From positions 688-64,687 of the forward strand of contig JAEEYV010000046.1 in assembly GCA_016288295.1 (NCBI GenBank): a DNA stretch of 64,000 nucleotides, read 5' to 3'. Source of the stretch: Alphaproteobacteria bacterium. Its GTDB lineage: Bacteria > Pseudomonadota > Alphaproteobacteria > RF32 > CAG-239. Every line of letters starts with the position of its first letter. The first letter of the stretch is position 1. The position numbers were made by a program, and so were the translations under genes. The notes below the pieces were generated by a model. The model did not search any database and was not told the origin of the DNA. It saw nothing but the letters and a program-made list of their open reading frames with translations. Of the stretch, positions 39,084-48,153 are shown one piece after another.

Positions 39084-39992
39084 ATGTCTAGTGGATTTAA
39101 AGCAGTGGGAAAACTCTTAGGTGCAGGTAATGCCAGTACATCCCCTTACAAATCAGAAAGCAATATTTTAAATTATTTACAAAATTATAATACATCTAAT
39201 TATGATAATACGGTGCAAAATTTGCTCAATAATGCTTATGATATGAGCAAAAATGTCAATCAGATGAGCAATTATACATATAATATTGATGGCTCTGACG
39301 CAGCCCGTCAACGCGCTGAAAATGCAACATATCAATCATATGTTAATCGTCTTCAACCGCAGTTTGCTCAACAAACAAGTGATCTTGAAACTCGCCTTCA
39401 AAACCAGGGTATAACAGTTGGCAGTGATGCCTACAATCGCGCTATGAGCAATTTGCAGAACAGTCAAAATAATGCGTATAATCAGGCGGCGTATCAGTCT
39501 GTTCTTAATGGTCAAAATGCATTTTCTCAAAGCTTAAATAATGCTGCATTGGCAGCAAATTTCGGCAACAATGCGAAAAACAATTACCTGAGTCAAATTA
39601 TTTCTCAACTGCAATTAGGTCATTCCGGCTATGACAATGCTATGAATATCTACAATGTTCAACATGGTGTTGACAGTAGAATTAGTGCTGCCAAAGAAAA
39701 TAATGCCAACGCTCAAATTCAGGCCGGAAGAGATGCTTTGGGGACGGCAGCTCAAGTTGGAATGTTACTGTTTTCGGATGTTCGTCTGAAGGAAAATCTA
39801 AAACCCGTTGGAAAACTTGATAACGGCCTGACGGTTTATTGTTTCAATTTCAAAGGTAGTAAAACTCCGCAAATCGGTTTGCTGGCACAAGAAGTTATAG
39901 ACGTTATTCCTGAAGCTGTTTATGAAGGTGAAGACGGTTATTTAATGTTACGCTATGATGTGGCGTGCGGTTTACCAACCACAAAGGAGTAA
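39084..39992 (+). CDS. Q/N-rich tail fibre protein with C-terminal S74 intramolecular chaperone domain
   Basis: C-terminal SDVRLKENLKPVG motif typical of Peptidase_S74 autoprocessing chaperone. Confidence 0.6.
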   Translation: MSSGFKAVGKLLGAGNASTSPYKSESNILNYLQNYNTSNYDNTVQNLLNNAYDMSKNVNQMSNYTYNIDGSDAARQRAENATYQSYVNRLQPQFAQQTSDLETRLQNQGITVGSDAYNRAMSNLQNSQNNAYNQAAYQSVLNGQNAFSQSLNNAALAANFGNNAKNNYLSQIISQLQLGHSGYDNAMNIYNVQHGVDSRISAAKENNANAQIQAGRDALGTAAQVGMLLFSDVRLKENLKPVGKLDNGLTVYCFNFKGSKTPQIGLLAQEVIDVIPEAVYEGEDGYLMLRYDVACGLPTTKE

Positions 39993-39996
39993 TACA

Positions 39997-40344
39997 ATGA
40001 CAGGTATGATGACACCGAACGGAATTTTGGTTCGTCAAGGCGACAGTTTTGACATTGCCATGCGTTTTAAGCATAAAGATGGAACACCACTGGATATTTC
40101 TGGTTCACAAGTTTGCCTAGATGTAAAAGATGACGAGGACAACATTATTCTGCATATCAACGGTGATATTACGGATGCAACTAATGGATATGTTGTTATC
40201 AAAATAACTCCACAGCATTCAAATCTAAATGTCGGAACTTATGAAGCCAATATCAAAATTACTTTTGCTAATGGCGATGTACATACGGTGTTTCCGCAAG
40301 ATTTGAGCCAAAATGCAGTATTTCAAATAAGTGAAGGGGTATGA
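39997..40344 (+). CDS. hypothetical tail-associated protein (115 aa)
   Basis: RBS aaggag before ATG 39997. Confidence 0.4.
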   Translation: MTGMMTPNGILVRQGDSFDIAMRFKHKDGTPLDISGSQVCLDVKDDEDNIILHINGDITDATNGYVVIKITPQHSNLNVGTYEANIKITFANGDVHTVFPQDLSQNAVFQISEGV

Positions 40345-40345
40345 T

Positions 40346-41035
40346 ATGACTGAAATCAATATTTTTGAAAATTATGCATCCAAAGAATTTGATGTTTGCT
40401 TTCAAGACGAAGCAGCTCTTAATACCACCGCTGATCTCAAATATGTAAAATATGGGCAAGATGAGATAGATAATTATGTTGCCTCGGTCAGTAAACCTGA
40501 ATTATCAAATTATGTTGATGACCAAAAGCAAGTAATTAATATTGAAACCAATCAATCTATAACATCTATCAGTAATGCCGTTCAGCAAGGAATTGATGAC
40601 ATCAATACAGTCATTGCCGAGTATGATCAGAGTTATATAACCATAGATACCGAGCAAGTCATCACTGGTGATAAAACATTTGAAGGTTCATTGCAAGCAG
40701 TAACTCCTGATGCCGATGATTTATCTCCTTGTGTTGCAACTACAGCTTTTGTTAATGGTGGCAATATTGTCAGTCAGGGAACAAATCATGTCCAATATTC
40801 AGGTGGACTTATTATGCAATGGGGAACAATTGAAGTGAGCAATAGTGCCGGAGAAAATTGTGTTTATGAAATTCCGTTTACATCAAATTCATACGCTATA
40901 TCACTTACACATATCGCTGATGCAGTAACTCCGATAACTTTCTCTACGGCCTCTGTCGTTTCTCACTCATTGACCGGTTTTAGTGTGGGTAGCAACGATT
41001 TAGGAACGTGGTTTTGGTTAGCAATTGGCTTTTAA
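40346..41035 (+). CDS. putative tail fibre / receptor-binding protein
   Basis: 229 aa; position between fibre and lysis genes. Confidence 0.4.
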   Translation: MTEINIFENYASKEFDVCFQDEAALNTTADLKYVKYGQDEIDNYVASVSKPELSNYVDDQKQVINIETNQSITSISNAVQQGIDDINTVIAEYDQSYITIDTEQVITGDKTFEGSLQAVTPDADDLSPCVATTAFVNGGNIVSQGTNHVQYSGGLIMQWGTIEVSNSAGENCVYEIPFTSNSYAISLTHIADAVTPITFSTASVVSHSLTGFSVGSNDLGTWFWLAIGF

Positions 41036-41074
41036 TTAGGGGCAGCAATGCCCCTTTTTTTTACGGAGGAAAAC

Positions 41075-41359
41075 ATGGATTTTATCAATACAATCGGCGG
41101 CATATCAGGCATTGCCGCCTTGGCCGGAATGTTGTGGAACTTGGTCAAATTAGGTTCATGGAAAGGTCGCTTGGAAGAACGTATGGAAGGTGTGCTGCAA
41201 CGCATAGATAAAGCTGATAAAGAAACAGCCTCGGCAATCATGATGCAGAATCAGCAAAACATAATGTTGGCAAAACTTGAAAGCAAATTTGATAGTTTTG
41301 AAACCAAACTTGATCTTTTGTTAAATTGCAAACATAAAGGAGGCAAAAATGTCTCCTGA
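41075..41359 (+). CDS. putative holin
   Basis: Single TM (IGGISGIAALAGMLWNLV) + charged C-terminus; immediately upstream of endolysin; preceded by GCAA-loop terminator (41038-41062) and RBS ggagg. Confidence 0.55.
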   Translation: MDFINTIGGISGIAALAGMLWNLVKLGSWKGRLEERMEGVLQRIDKADKETASAIMMQNQQNIMLAKLESKFDSFETKLDLLLNCKHKGGKNVS

Positions 41360-41789
41360 TGATTGGGATGATTTGCACATAATGGCCGCTACACTATGGG
41401 GAGAGGCGCGGGGCGATGGTATTGAAGGTATGGAAGCGGTTGCCTGTGTGATTGTAAACCGCTTCAATGCCCGCAAATGGTTTACCGGTTATCGTCTTGA
41501 TGACGGCATTAAAATACCCGATGTCAAGCAAACATGCCTAAAAAAATACCAATTCAGCTGTTGGAACAAGACCGATCCAAATTTTTCAAAAATTCTCAAA
41601 TTAAATTCAAGTGATAAAATGTTTTGTTTATGCCTAAAAATTGCTGATAAAGCTATTAGCGGAAAACTTACAGACTTTACCAATAACGCAACCTTTTATC
41701 ACACCCGCAGCATATTTCCAATATGGGCAAAACATCATAGTCCTTGCTATGAAACTACCCATCATCTGTTCTATAATGACATCAAATAA
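41349..41789 (+). CDS. SleB-type cell wall hydrolase (endolysin)
   Basis: ATLWGEARGDG..GMEAVACVIVNR...QFSCW motifs of Hydrolase_2/SleB. Confidence 0.75.
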   Translation: MSPDDWDDLHIMAATLWGEARGDGIEGMEAVACVIVNRFNARKWFTGYRLDDGIKIPDVKQTCLKKYQFSCWNKTDPNFSKILKLNSSDKMFCLCLKIADKAISGKLTDFTNNATFYHTRSIFPIWAKHHSPCYETTHHLFYNDIK

Positions 41790-41801
41790 TAGGAGATCTA
41801 A

Positions 41802-41945
41802 ATGGAAGAACATAAAAACTGCCGTTATCGTTTTTTGAAATGGATAATACGTATGGCGCTGCGTCACCGAAAAATATATTGGCTTCTTTGGGGAATGATT
41901 GCCGTAATGTTTGCAGTCGGTATAAACATAAAGGAACTCTGGTAA
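41802..41945 (+). CDS. small TM peptide (47 aa)
   Basis: RBS aggag; one TM; could be antiholin or a lysis accessory protein. Confidence 0.3.
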   Translation: MEEHKNCRYRFLKWIIRMALRHRKIYWLLWGMIAVMFAVGINIKELW

Positions 41946-41946
41946 A

Positions 41947-42153
41947 ATGGCAAAGACAGCATTGATACTCTGTATCTGTATAACAATATCTGTTTTTTCA
42001 TATTTACTGGGACGCTCTCATGCTCGCACAGAAATCGTAACCAAACAAGTAGAGGTCATCAAATATGTTGAAAAGAAAAAATCTGCCATATATTCTAGCC
42101 CCCATGCTGGGCGCGATGCTTTGCTTGAGCTCATGCGCCAAAACAGATTATAA
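41947..42153 (+). CDS. i-spanin (Rz-like)
   Basis: N-terminal TM then charged periplasmic domain. Confidence 0.55.
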   Translation: MAKTALILCICITISVFSYLLGRSHARTEIVTKQVEVIKYVEKKKSAIYSSPHAGRDALLELMRQNRL

Positions 42154-42292
42154 CTTTTGTCCGTCTTATCCTACAGCAGGCCCTGAAGTTGCTAAAGAGC
42201 TTGAAAATATTGATTATAGTCGATATTCGCGTTTTTGGGAATGGTTGGCCAGAATAGATAAACTTCGTCAAGAGCTAGAGCTTTGTAAATAA
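42065..42292 (+). CDS. o-spanin (Rz1-like lipoprotein), overlapped in +1 frame with the i-spanin
   Basis: Lipobox LSSC, Pro-rich short periplasmic peptide; starts inside the Rz-like ORF in a different frame and extends past it. Confidence 0.55.
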   Translation: MLKRKNLPYILAPMLGAMLCLSSCAKTDYNFCPSYPTAGPEVAKELENIDYSRYSRFWEWLARIDKLRQELELCK

Positions 42293-42366
42293 AATAATAA
42301 AACTACTTGGCAAAATACACAAAATCAGCTAATATCACGCTAAAGTTAATTTTAGCGAAGAAAATA

Positions 42367-44130
42367 ATGTTTAAGAAACTTATACAAAAGATTATGTCGA
42401 CTAATCTTGTGGTCAATTATCGCAAGATATTACCGTATGTCAAACCATATTGGATTAGAGCTTTGATTTCGGTTCTAATCACTATTCCGATTGGTTCGAT
42501 GGACGCAGTCATCGCTTGGTCACTCAAACCATACATGGATGTGGTTATGGTTGAAAAATCAACCAATGTTGCCAACTATATTCCGTTGCTGATTATTGTA
42601 TTCAGCTGTTTGCAAAGCTCACTTAACTATGCTGCTACGTATCTCAACACTTGGGTAGGGCGCAAAATTGCCAATGATGTCAAAATGGATTTGTTTGACA
42701 AGTTGATGTTGAACGATGCCCATTATTTTGATACCACTACTTCCGGCAATGTCATGATGCGCTACAATCACGATGTTGATACTGCATGTAACGGCCTGCT
42801 TGCCAATTTAAAATTATTTACTACCCGAGTTTTCTCATCAGTATCATTAATTGCTGTTTTGTTTTATAATTCGTGGCAGTTGGCATTAATTGCCGTAGCA
42901 ATATTATTTGGAGCATTATATCCGCTGACCACTGTACGCAGGCGCATCAAATCGGTTATGGACAAGACTATATTTTCCGGTGCGGCGGTTATGAGCCATT
43001 ATAACGAAACATATAACGGCAATCGTATTATTACCTCATATAATCTGTATGATTATCAGCGCAAGCGTTTTCATGATACACTAAAACAGGTTTTTAAACT
43101 CGGTATAAAAATGGTTCAACGTACCGGTATGATGTCACCGCTGATGCACTTTATTGTATCTTTAGGTATTGCGTTGGTAATCTGGACAGGGAGCTATCTG
43201 ATTGTCCATCATGAAATTACAGCCGGAAACTTTGTTTCGTTTATCACCGCTTTAATCATGCTCTACAATCCGATTAAATCAATCGGTAACAACTACAACA
43301 ATGTCCAGATGTCTTTAATGGCCATGGAACGCATATTTGAGCAGTTGGAAAGAGTTCCATCTATCCATAACTGCGCAAATCCTATAATGTTGAATGGCGT
43401 TAAAGATCAAATTGACTACAAAAACGTATCTTTTTCTTACGTAAAAAACAAACCGGTTCTTAAAAACATCAACTTGTCAATCAAAGTAGGGCAAACGGTT
43501 GCATTTGTTGGCAATTCAGGTGGTGGTAAAACTACATTAGTAAATCTTCTGCCACGATTTTATGATGTCAAATCTGGAGAAGTCCAAATTGACGGTGTTG
43601 ATATTCGCCAATACGATCTCAACTCGTTACGCGATAAAATTGCCATTGTATTTCAGGACAATTTTTTGTTTGATGGTTCAATCCGTGACAATATTTTGCT
43701 TGGCAAAGAAGACGCTACAGAGGAAGAAATCAGCTATGCTGTCAGATCAGCCTGCCTTGAGGAGTTTATATCAAGCCTTGAGAAAGGTCTTGATACCCAA
43801 ATTGGCGAGCGAGGAGTTTTGCTCTCCGGCGGTCAAAAACAGCGTATAGCTATCGCCCGCGCCTTTATCAAAAACGCTCCGATTGTTATTTTGGACGAGG
43901 CTACATCAGCCCTTGATAACAAGTCAGAAGCGGTGGTCCAACAAGCTATCGATAATCTCATGAAAGATCGTACCGTGCTGATTATTGCCCACCGCTTGTC
44001 TACGGTTCGCAATGCTGATAGAATTGTAGTTGTTAACTATGGTGAGATTGTTGAAGAAGGTACGCATGATGAGCTTATTGCTAAAGAAGACGGCGTATAT
44101 TCTTCACTATACCGTAGCCAGATAAAATAG
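42367..44130 (+). CDS. ABC transporter permease/ATP-binding protein (MsbA-like exporter)
   Basis: 6 TM + NBD with Walker A GNSGGGKTT and signature LSGGQKQR. Confidence 0.8.
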   Translation: MFKKLIQKIMSTNLVVNYRKILPYVKPYWIRALISVLITIPIGSMDAVIAWSLKPYMDVVMVEKSTNVANYIPLLIIVFSCLQSSLNYAATYLNTWVGRKIANDVKMDLFDKLMLNDAHYFDTTTSGNVMMRYNHDVDTACNGLLANLKLFTTRVFSSVSLIAVLFYNSWQLALIAVAILFGALYPLTTVRRRIKSVMDKTIFSGAAVMSHYNETYNGNRIITSYNLYDYQRKRFHDTLKQVFKLGIKMVQRTGMMSPLMHFIVSLGIALVIWTGSYLIVHHEITAGNFVSFITALIMLYNPIKSIGNNYNNVQMSLMAMERIFEQLERVPSIHNCANPIMLNGVKDQIDYKNVSFSYVKNKPVLKNINLSIKVGQTVAFVGNSGGGKTTLVNLLPRFYDVKSGEVQIDGVDIRQYDLNSLRDKIAIVFQDNFLFDGSIRDNILLGKEDATEEEISYAVRSACLEEFISSLEKGLDTQIGERGVLLSGGQKQRIAIARAFIKNAPIVILDEATSALDNKSEAVVQQAIDNLMKDRTVLIIAHRLSTVRNADRIVVVNYGEIVEEGTHDELIAKEDGVYSSLYRSQIK

Positions 44131-44139
44131 GATATTGTA

Positions 44140-46404
44140 ATGAAACCAGAACTTCTTGCTCCCGCCGGTGATATTGAGGCCGGATATGCTGCTCTCTATT
44201 ATGGTGCAGATGCCGTATATCTTGGGCTTAAGCATTTTTCTGCTCGTGCCACGGCTACCAATTTTGATGCTGCGGAACTCAATAACTTTGTCGGCTATGC
44301 TCATCATTTGAAACGTCGTGTCTATGTAACTATTAACACCCTTGTGCAAGAAAACGAATTGCCGTCGCTGATTGACAGCCTTGATACTTGTTCAAATTGC
44401 GGCGTTGACGGCATTATTTTGCAGGATTTAGGCGTTGCGAGAATTATCAAATCCCAATATCCAGAACTCGAATTGCATGCCAGCACTCAAATGGCTGTTC
44501 ACAACAAACAAGGCGCATTGGCTTTGCAAAAACTGGGTTTTAAGCGTGTTGTTTTAGCACGAGAGCTCTCTCTTGCCGAAATCAAGGATATCGCCTCAAT
44601 TCCGAACTTAGAAACTGAGGCATTTATCCATGGCGCGCTCTGTTATTCATATAGCGGATTATGTATGTTTTCATCTCTGGAAAGTGGTCGCAGTGCCAAC
44701 CGTGGCAAATGTTTGTATCCCTGTCGTTCGGTTTTCAGCGGCAAAAGTGGTAACAAACACTATTTTTCAATGAAAGACATGGCTTTGCAGGACGAAGTCC
44801 GCAAAATGCCGGTTACATCTCTCAAAATTGAAGGACGTAAAAAGAACGCATTATATGTAGCTGCTGTTACTGATTATTACCGCAATATTTTGGACGGCAA
44901 GGGAGCCATTGCTCAAAAAGAAGAAAACATCAAACAAATTTTTTCACGTCCTTGGTGCAAATTTATGCTTCACGGCAAAGACAAGAGTGTGGTTGATCGT
45001 GACTTTGTAGGCCACCGCGGGCTTCCGATCGGCAAAGTACTACAGATTGTAAACGGAAAACTTATTTTTAAGCCCAATCATAAAATTGCCCGTCATGACG
45101 GTTTGCAAATCGATATTGCCGGACAGGAAAAACCTTTTGGCTTTTCTATCCAAAATATGTCCGTCAACGGGCGCAGAGTTTTTGAGGCTAATGCCAAAGA
45201 CGAAGTGTCAATTAGTTTGCCCCCGAAAAGTCCGGACATTGCTAAAGGACAAAACATCTACCTTGCATCGTCAAGCGAAGTCAAAGGCGGATATAACTAT
45301 GCTCATCCCAAAGACGGAGAATACATTCGCCGCCATGATATAGAGGTTGAAGTTAAAGTAACATCAGATAACATTTCAGCTTTTTGCGGGAATTTCTCTG
45401 CCGAAATAGAAGGCAATTTTGCTAAAGCCGAAGATGCTAGCAAGACTAATGATGCCGCCACTAAAGCCTTTAATAAAACCGGCGATACCGAATTGAGCCT
45501 AAAAGAATTGCACCTCATCAATCCTGACGGTTTATTTGTTCCGGCTTCAATGTTCAATGAGTTGCGCCGCAAGTTATATGCAAAAATCAGTTTTGACGGC
45601 AAACACGGAAATCTGCCTCCGGCTATCAAAGCATGTGCCCATCAACAATCAAAATGGATAGTCCGCACTGATAACGCCGAAAATTTAGCCCTCTTGGACT
45701 TTGATAAACTTGCTGAGATAGAATTTTTGCTCAGCCGTGAAACTAAGGTTGCGGATATCAACAATTTCCCCAAAAATAAGGTCAGATTAGTTTTACCGGC
45801 ATTGGCTCGAGATGCGGCTGCGTGGAAAAATTCTATATCTGCTTTTCTGTCTGCCGGATATAAAAAATGGACTATCGGCAACTGGTGGGGGCTTGATTTA
45901 TTGCCGGAGCAGGGGATAGACTTGAGCTTTGATACCAGCCTTTATACGCTGAATACTCAGGCAATCTCTATGGCCAAAGAGATAGGCGCCAATCGTGTTT
46001 GTCTGTCTTTTGAAGATACATTAAATAATATGCGTACTGTTGCACAAGAGTCGCCATTGCCGGTCGTTTTGCCGGTTTATAGCGATGTGCCGTTGTTCAG
46101 TAGTGCGGTGTGCATTCGTGATAATCCCTGTTCTCAATGCCCCAAGGGTAGCCGTTGGATTGAACTTCATCAAGAAAAGACAACATACTGGGCATTATCA
46201 CGAAATTGTCAAACTTTTGTATTTGATGATCGTCCGCTGTGTTTTGCTGCTGAGGCTGGAGAGATCAAAGCCGACTTCTTGCGAGCCGATTTTTGTTATA
46301 AAAACTATTCTGCACAACAAGTACTGCAAATTTTTGAGCAAATAAGTGCTTTCAAAGATGTTGCGGACTGTGCCAAAGGCAATATAAACAGCTTGGTAAT
46401 ATGA
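44140..46404 (+). CDS. peptidase U32 family protein
   Basis: N-terminal ELLAPAG..AA..GADAVY motif and conserved E..GRKK region of U32 (PrtC-like). Confidence 0.75.
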   Translation: MKPELLAPAGDIEAGYAALYYGADAVYLGLKHFSARATATNFDAAELNNFVGYAHHLKRRVYVTINTLVQENELPSLIDSLDTCSNCGVDGIILQDLGVARIIKSQYPELELHASTQMAVHNKQGALALQKLGFKRVVLARELSLAEIKDIASIPNLETEAFIHGALCYSYSGLCMFSSLESGRSANRGKCLYPCRSVFSGKSGNKHYFSMKDMALQDEVRKMPVTSLKIEGRKKNALYVAAVTDYYRNILDGKGAIAQKEENIKQIFSRPWCKFMLHGKDKSVVDRDFVGHRGLPIGKVLQIVNGKLIFKPNHKIARHDGLQIDIAGQEKPFGFSIQNMSVNGRRVFEANAKDEVSISLPPKSPDIAKGQNIYLASSSEVKGGYNYAHPKDGEYIRRHDIEVEVKVTSDNISAFCGNFSAEIEGNFAKAEDASKTNDAATKAFNKTGDTELSLKELHLINPDGLFVPASMFNELRRKLYAKISFDGKHGNLPPAIKACAHQQSKWIVRTDNAENLALLDFDKLAEIEFLLSRETKVADINNFPKNKVRLVLPALARDAAAWKNSISAFLSAGYKKWTIGNWWGLDLLPEQGIDLSFDTSLYTLNTQAISMAKEIGANRVCLSFEDTLNNMRTVAQESPLPVVLPVYSDVPLFSSAVCIRDNPCSQCPKGSRWIELHQEKTTYWALSRNCQTFVFDDRPLCFAAEAGEIKADFLRADFCYKNYSAQQVLQIFEQISAFKDVADCAKGNINSLVI

Positions 46405-46511
46405 TATTTTCGATGCGATTCGCGGCACATCTTGCGCGATTTTGCAAAAAATATAAAAAAGTTGTTGCAAAAAAAAAGTTAGCAGTCTATATTCCTGCAC
46501 AGGTAGATTAT

Positions 46512-46588
46512 GGGTGCGTAGCTCAGTTGGCTAGAGCAACTGACTCTTAATCAGTGGGTCCAGGGTTCGAATCCCTGCGCGCCTACCA
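46512..46588 (+). tRNA. tRNA-Lys (anticodon CTT)
   Basis: Acceptor GGGTGCG/CGCGCCT, anticodon stem ACTGA/TCAGT loop CTCTTAA, T-arm CAGGG-TTCGAAT-CCCTG, CCA encoded. Confidence 0.75.
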
Positions 46589-46596
46589 ATAAAAAT

Positions 46597-46622
46597 AACC
46601 GTCCTTTGGGGCGGTTTTTTTA
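46597..46622 (+). terminator. rho-independent terminator after tRNA-Lys
   Basis: aaccgtcc-tttg-gggcggtt + T-run. Confidence 0.7.
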
Positions 46623-46625
46623 TTG

Positions 46626-46660
46626 GTGTAGAAGCGGATGGGATTTGAACCCTGGAACAA
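46626..46660 (-). repeat. inverted partial copy of the tRNA-Lys T-arm/3' region
   Basis: gggatttgaaccctgg (46640-46655) is the reverse complement of tRNA 46560-46575 at 15/16 positions. Confidence 0.6.
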
Positions 46661-46931
46661 GGGCGTGAGGATAAAAACAACCTCAAAATGTTGTTTTTAC
46701 CGCAAACGGCGAAGTTTGTTTATTGAGCAAGTGAGCATACGCGACCGCGGTGAAATTAACAAACGAGTGACCGAAGCGAGTTGGCGATTGCCCCGCAGTG
46801 CGAGGGCAGAGCCTAGGAGCAAGATGACTACAAGCGAAAGAACATATACTATGGCTGGAACATTGTGTTTCAGCTTTTTTTTATTAACCCGCCGCCCTGT
46901 AACGAGCGGATTTTTTAATGGAGAAAGTCAA

Positions 46932-47663
46932 ATGCCTGACACAACTTATGAATATTTACAAGGTGTTTTTAACGGAGAACACCCGATACAAAGACAAAAC
47001 CCTCAACCAGAGGAAAGTGAATATTATTATATTAATCCTAATCAAAATCCTACCAAGTCTGTAAATGAATTACAAACCACAGATATATCTAATAATATTC
47101 TACAAACATCCGAAGGATTAACAAGTGCCGCCCTAAACGGTCTTTCTGCCGGTTTTGCCGATGAGATTGAAGGCGGAATAAATGGGGCAGGGTATGCGGT
47201 AGGTAATATGTTTGGCAATAATAAACAAGAAAGCATCGGGGAAGCTTTTAGTCGTGGATATAAAGAAGCGCGTGACTATAGACGCAATATCCTAAAACAA
47301 ACCCGCAAAGAGCATCCGATAGCATACGGCATTGCGGAGGGAGTTGGTTCAATAGCTAACCGTGTTCCCCTATTCAAATATTCCAAAACCGCACCATGGT
47401 GGGTAAAATCATCACAAATATATAAAAATAATATTGCAATGTCGGCATTAGACGGATATGGTAATAATGAGAATAACAATGCCAAAGATGTTATTGTTGA
47501 TGCATCGCTAGGCGGAATTAGTGGCGGATTAGGTACATATGGAGGAATGAAAGCTTTTGGCAACAATGTTGAACGTCCTATAATACGCTCAATAATCAAT
47601 AAATTAGCGGGAGAAGGCAAGAATCTTCTACATAATTCTATAAGCAACTACAGAAAGAAATAA
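46932..47663 (+). CDS. hypothetical Gly/Asn-rich protein (243 aa)
   Basis: Start MPDTTYEY after hairpin-RBS cassette; the ORF-track N-terminal extension runs through the GC-rich repeat and is rejected. Confidence 0.5.
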   Translation: MPDTTYEYLQGVFNGEHPIQRQNPQPEESEYYYINPNQNPTKSVNELQTTDISNNILQTSEGLTSAALNGLSAGFADEIEGGINGAGYAVGNMFGNNKQESIGEAFSRGYKEARDYRRNILKQTRKEHPIAYGIAEGVGSIANRVPLFKYSKTAPWWVKSSQIYKNNIAMSALDGYGNNENNNAKDVIVDASLGGISGGLGTYGGMKAFGNNVERPIIRSIINKLAGEGKNLLHNSISNYRKK

Positions 47664-47699
47664 TAAATTGTTAAATCACTCATTTACACAGGGACACCA

Positions 47700-48056
47700 A
47701 TGAAATTTTTTAAAAAAGATAAAAGTATAGTTTTTAGAAATTTTATAAGAGATGCTAGATGTGTCTTATGGATAAATAATATATTCCTAATTATTTATCA
47801 AATAGAATTACATCATCAAAATAATGTGTGGGATACATTCTTTTATTTTTTTGATTTTATGTTAATCGGTTCTTGTTTGACCAAATTTATATATCGCAAA
47901 TTCAAAATCAGAAGACTAAAAAGATACTATGTCTTATTTAGTCAGGTACTCATGTTATTATCAATAATAGGTTTTATACTTTACTGCAAACATACATTAT
48001 CATACCTTACTTATTCCAAACTAGATAATAGATACGTTCCTCTTTTTGATGAATAA
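47700..48056 (+). CDS. hypothetical membrane protein (118 aa)
   Basis: 3 TM, very AT-rich. Confidence 0.4.
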   Translation: MKFFKKDKSIVFRNFIRDARCVLWINNIFLIIYQIELHHQNNVWDTFFYFFDFMLIGSCLTKFIYRKFKIRRLKRYYVLFSQVLMLLSIIGFILYCKHTLSYLTYSKLDNRYVPLFDE

Positions 48057-48153
48057 ATAATTTTATTAAACCCCTGGCGGAAACGATAAGTTTCCGCTTT
48101 TTTATTAACCTGCCGCCCGTAAAATGGGCGGTTTTTTTATTGGAGAAAATCAC

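Larger units (their letters stand above)
27834..42292. mobile_element. compact phage-like cluster (cryptic prophage or GTA-like element), no integrase or replication genes
   Basis: Repressor, TerS, TerL, portal, scaffold, capsid, tail/fibre, holin, endolysin, spanins in 14.5 kb. Confidence 0.8.

Noticed and set aside
42307-42366. Longer start for the ABC exporter
   Set aside because: The upstream 20 codons (MAKYTKSANITLK..) are not typical of MsbA-like N-termini. The MFKKL start at 42367 precedes the first TM directly. Kept as uncertain.
46638-46931. N-terminal 98-codon extension of the 46932 gene (track ORF 46638..47663)
   Set aside because: The extension runs through the GC-rich tRNA-proximal repeat and the terminator-like hairpin. 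A proper hairpin-RBS-ATG(MP..) start at 46932 matches the paralogous cassette before 48154.
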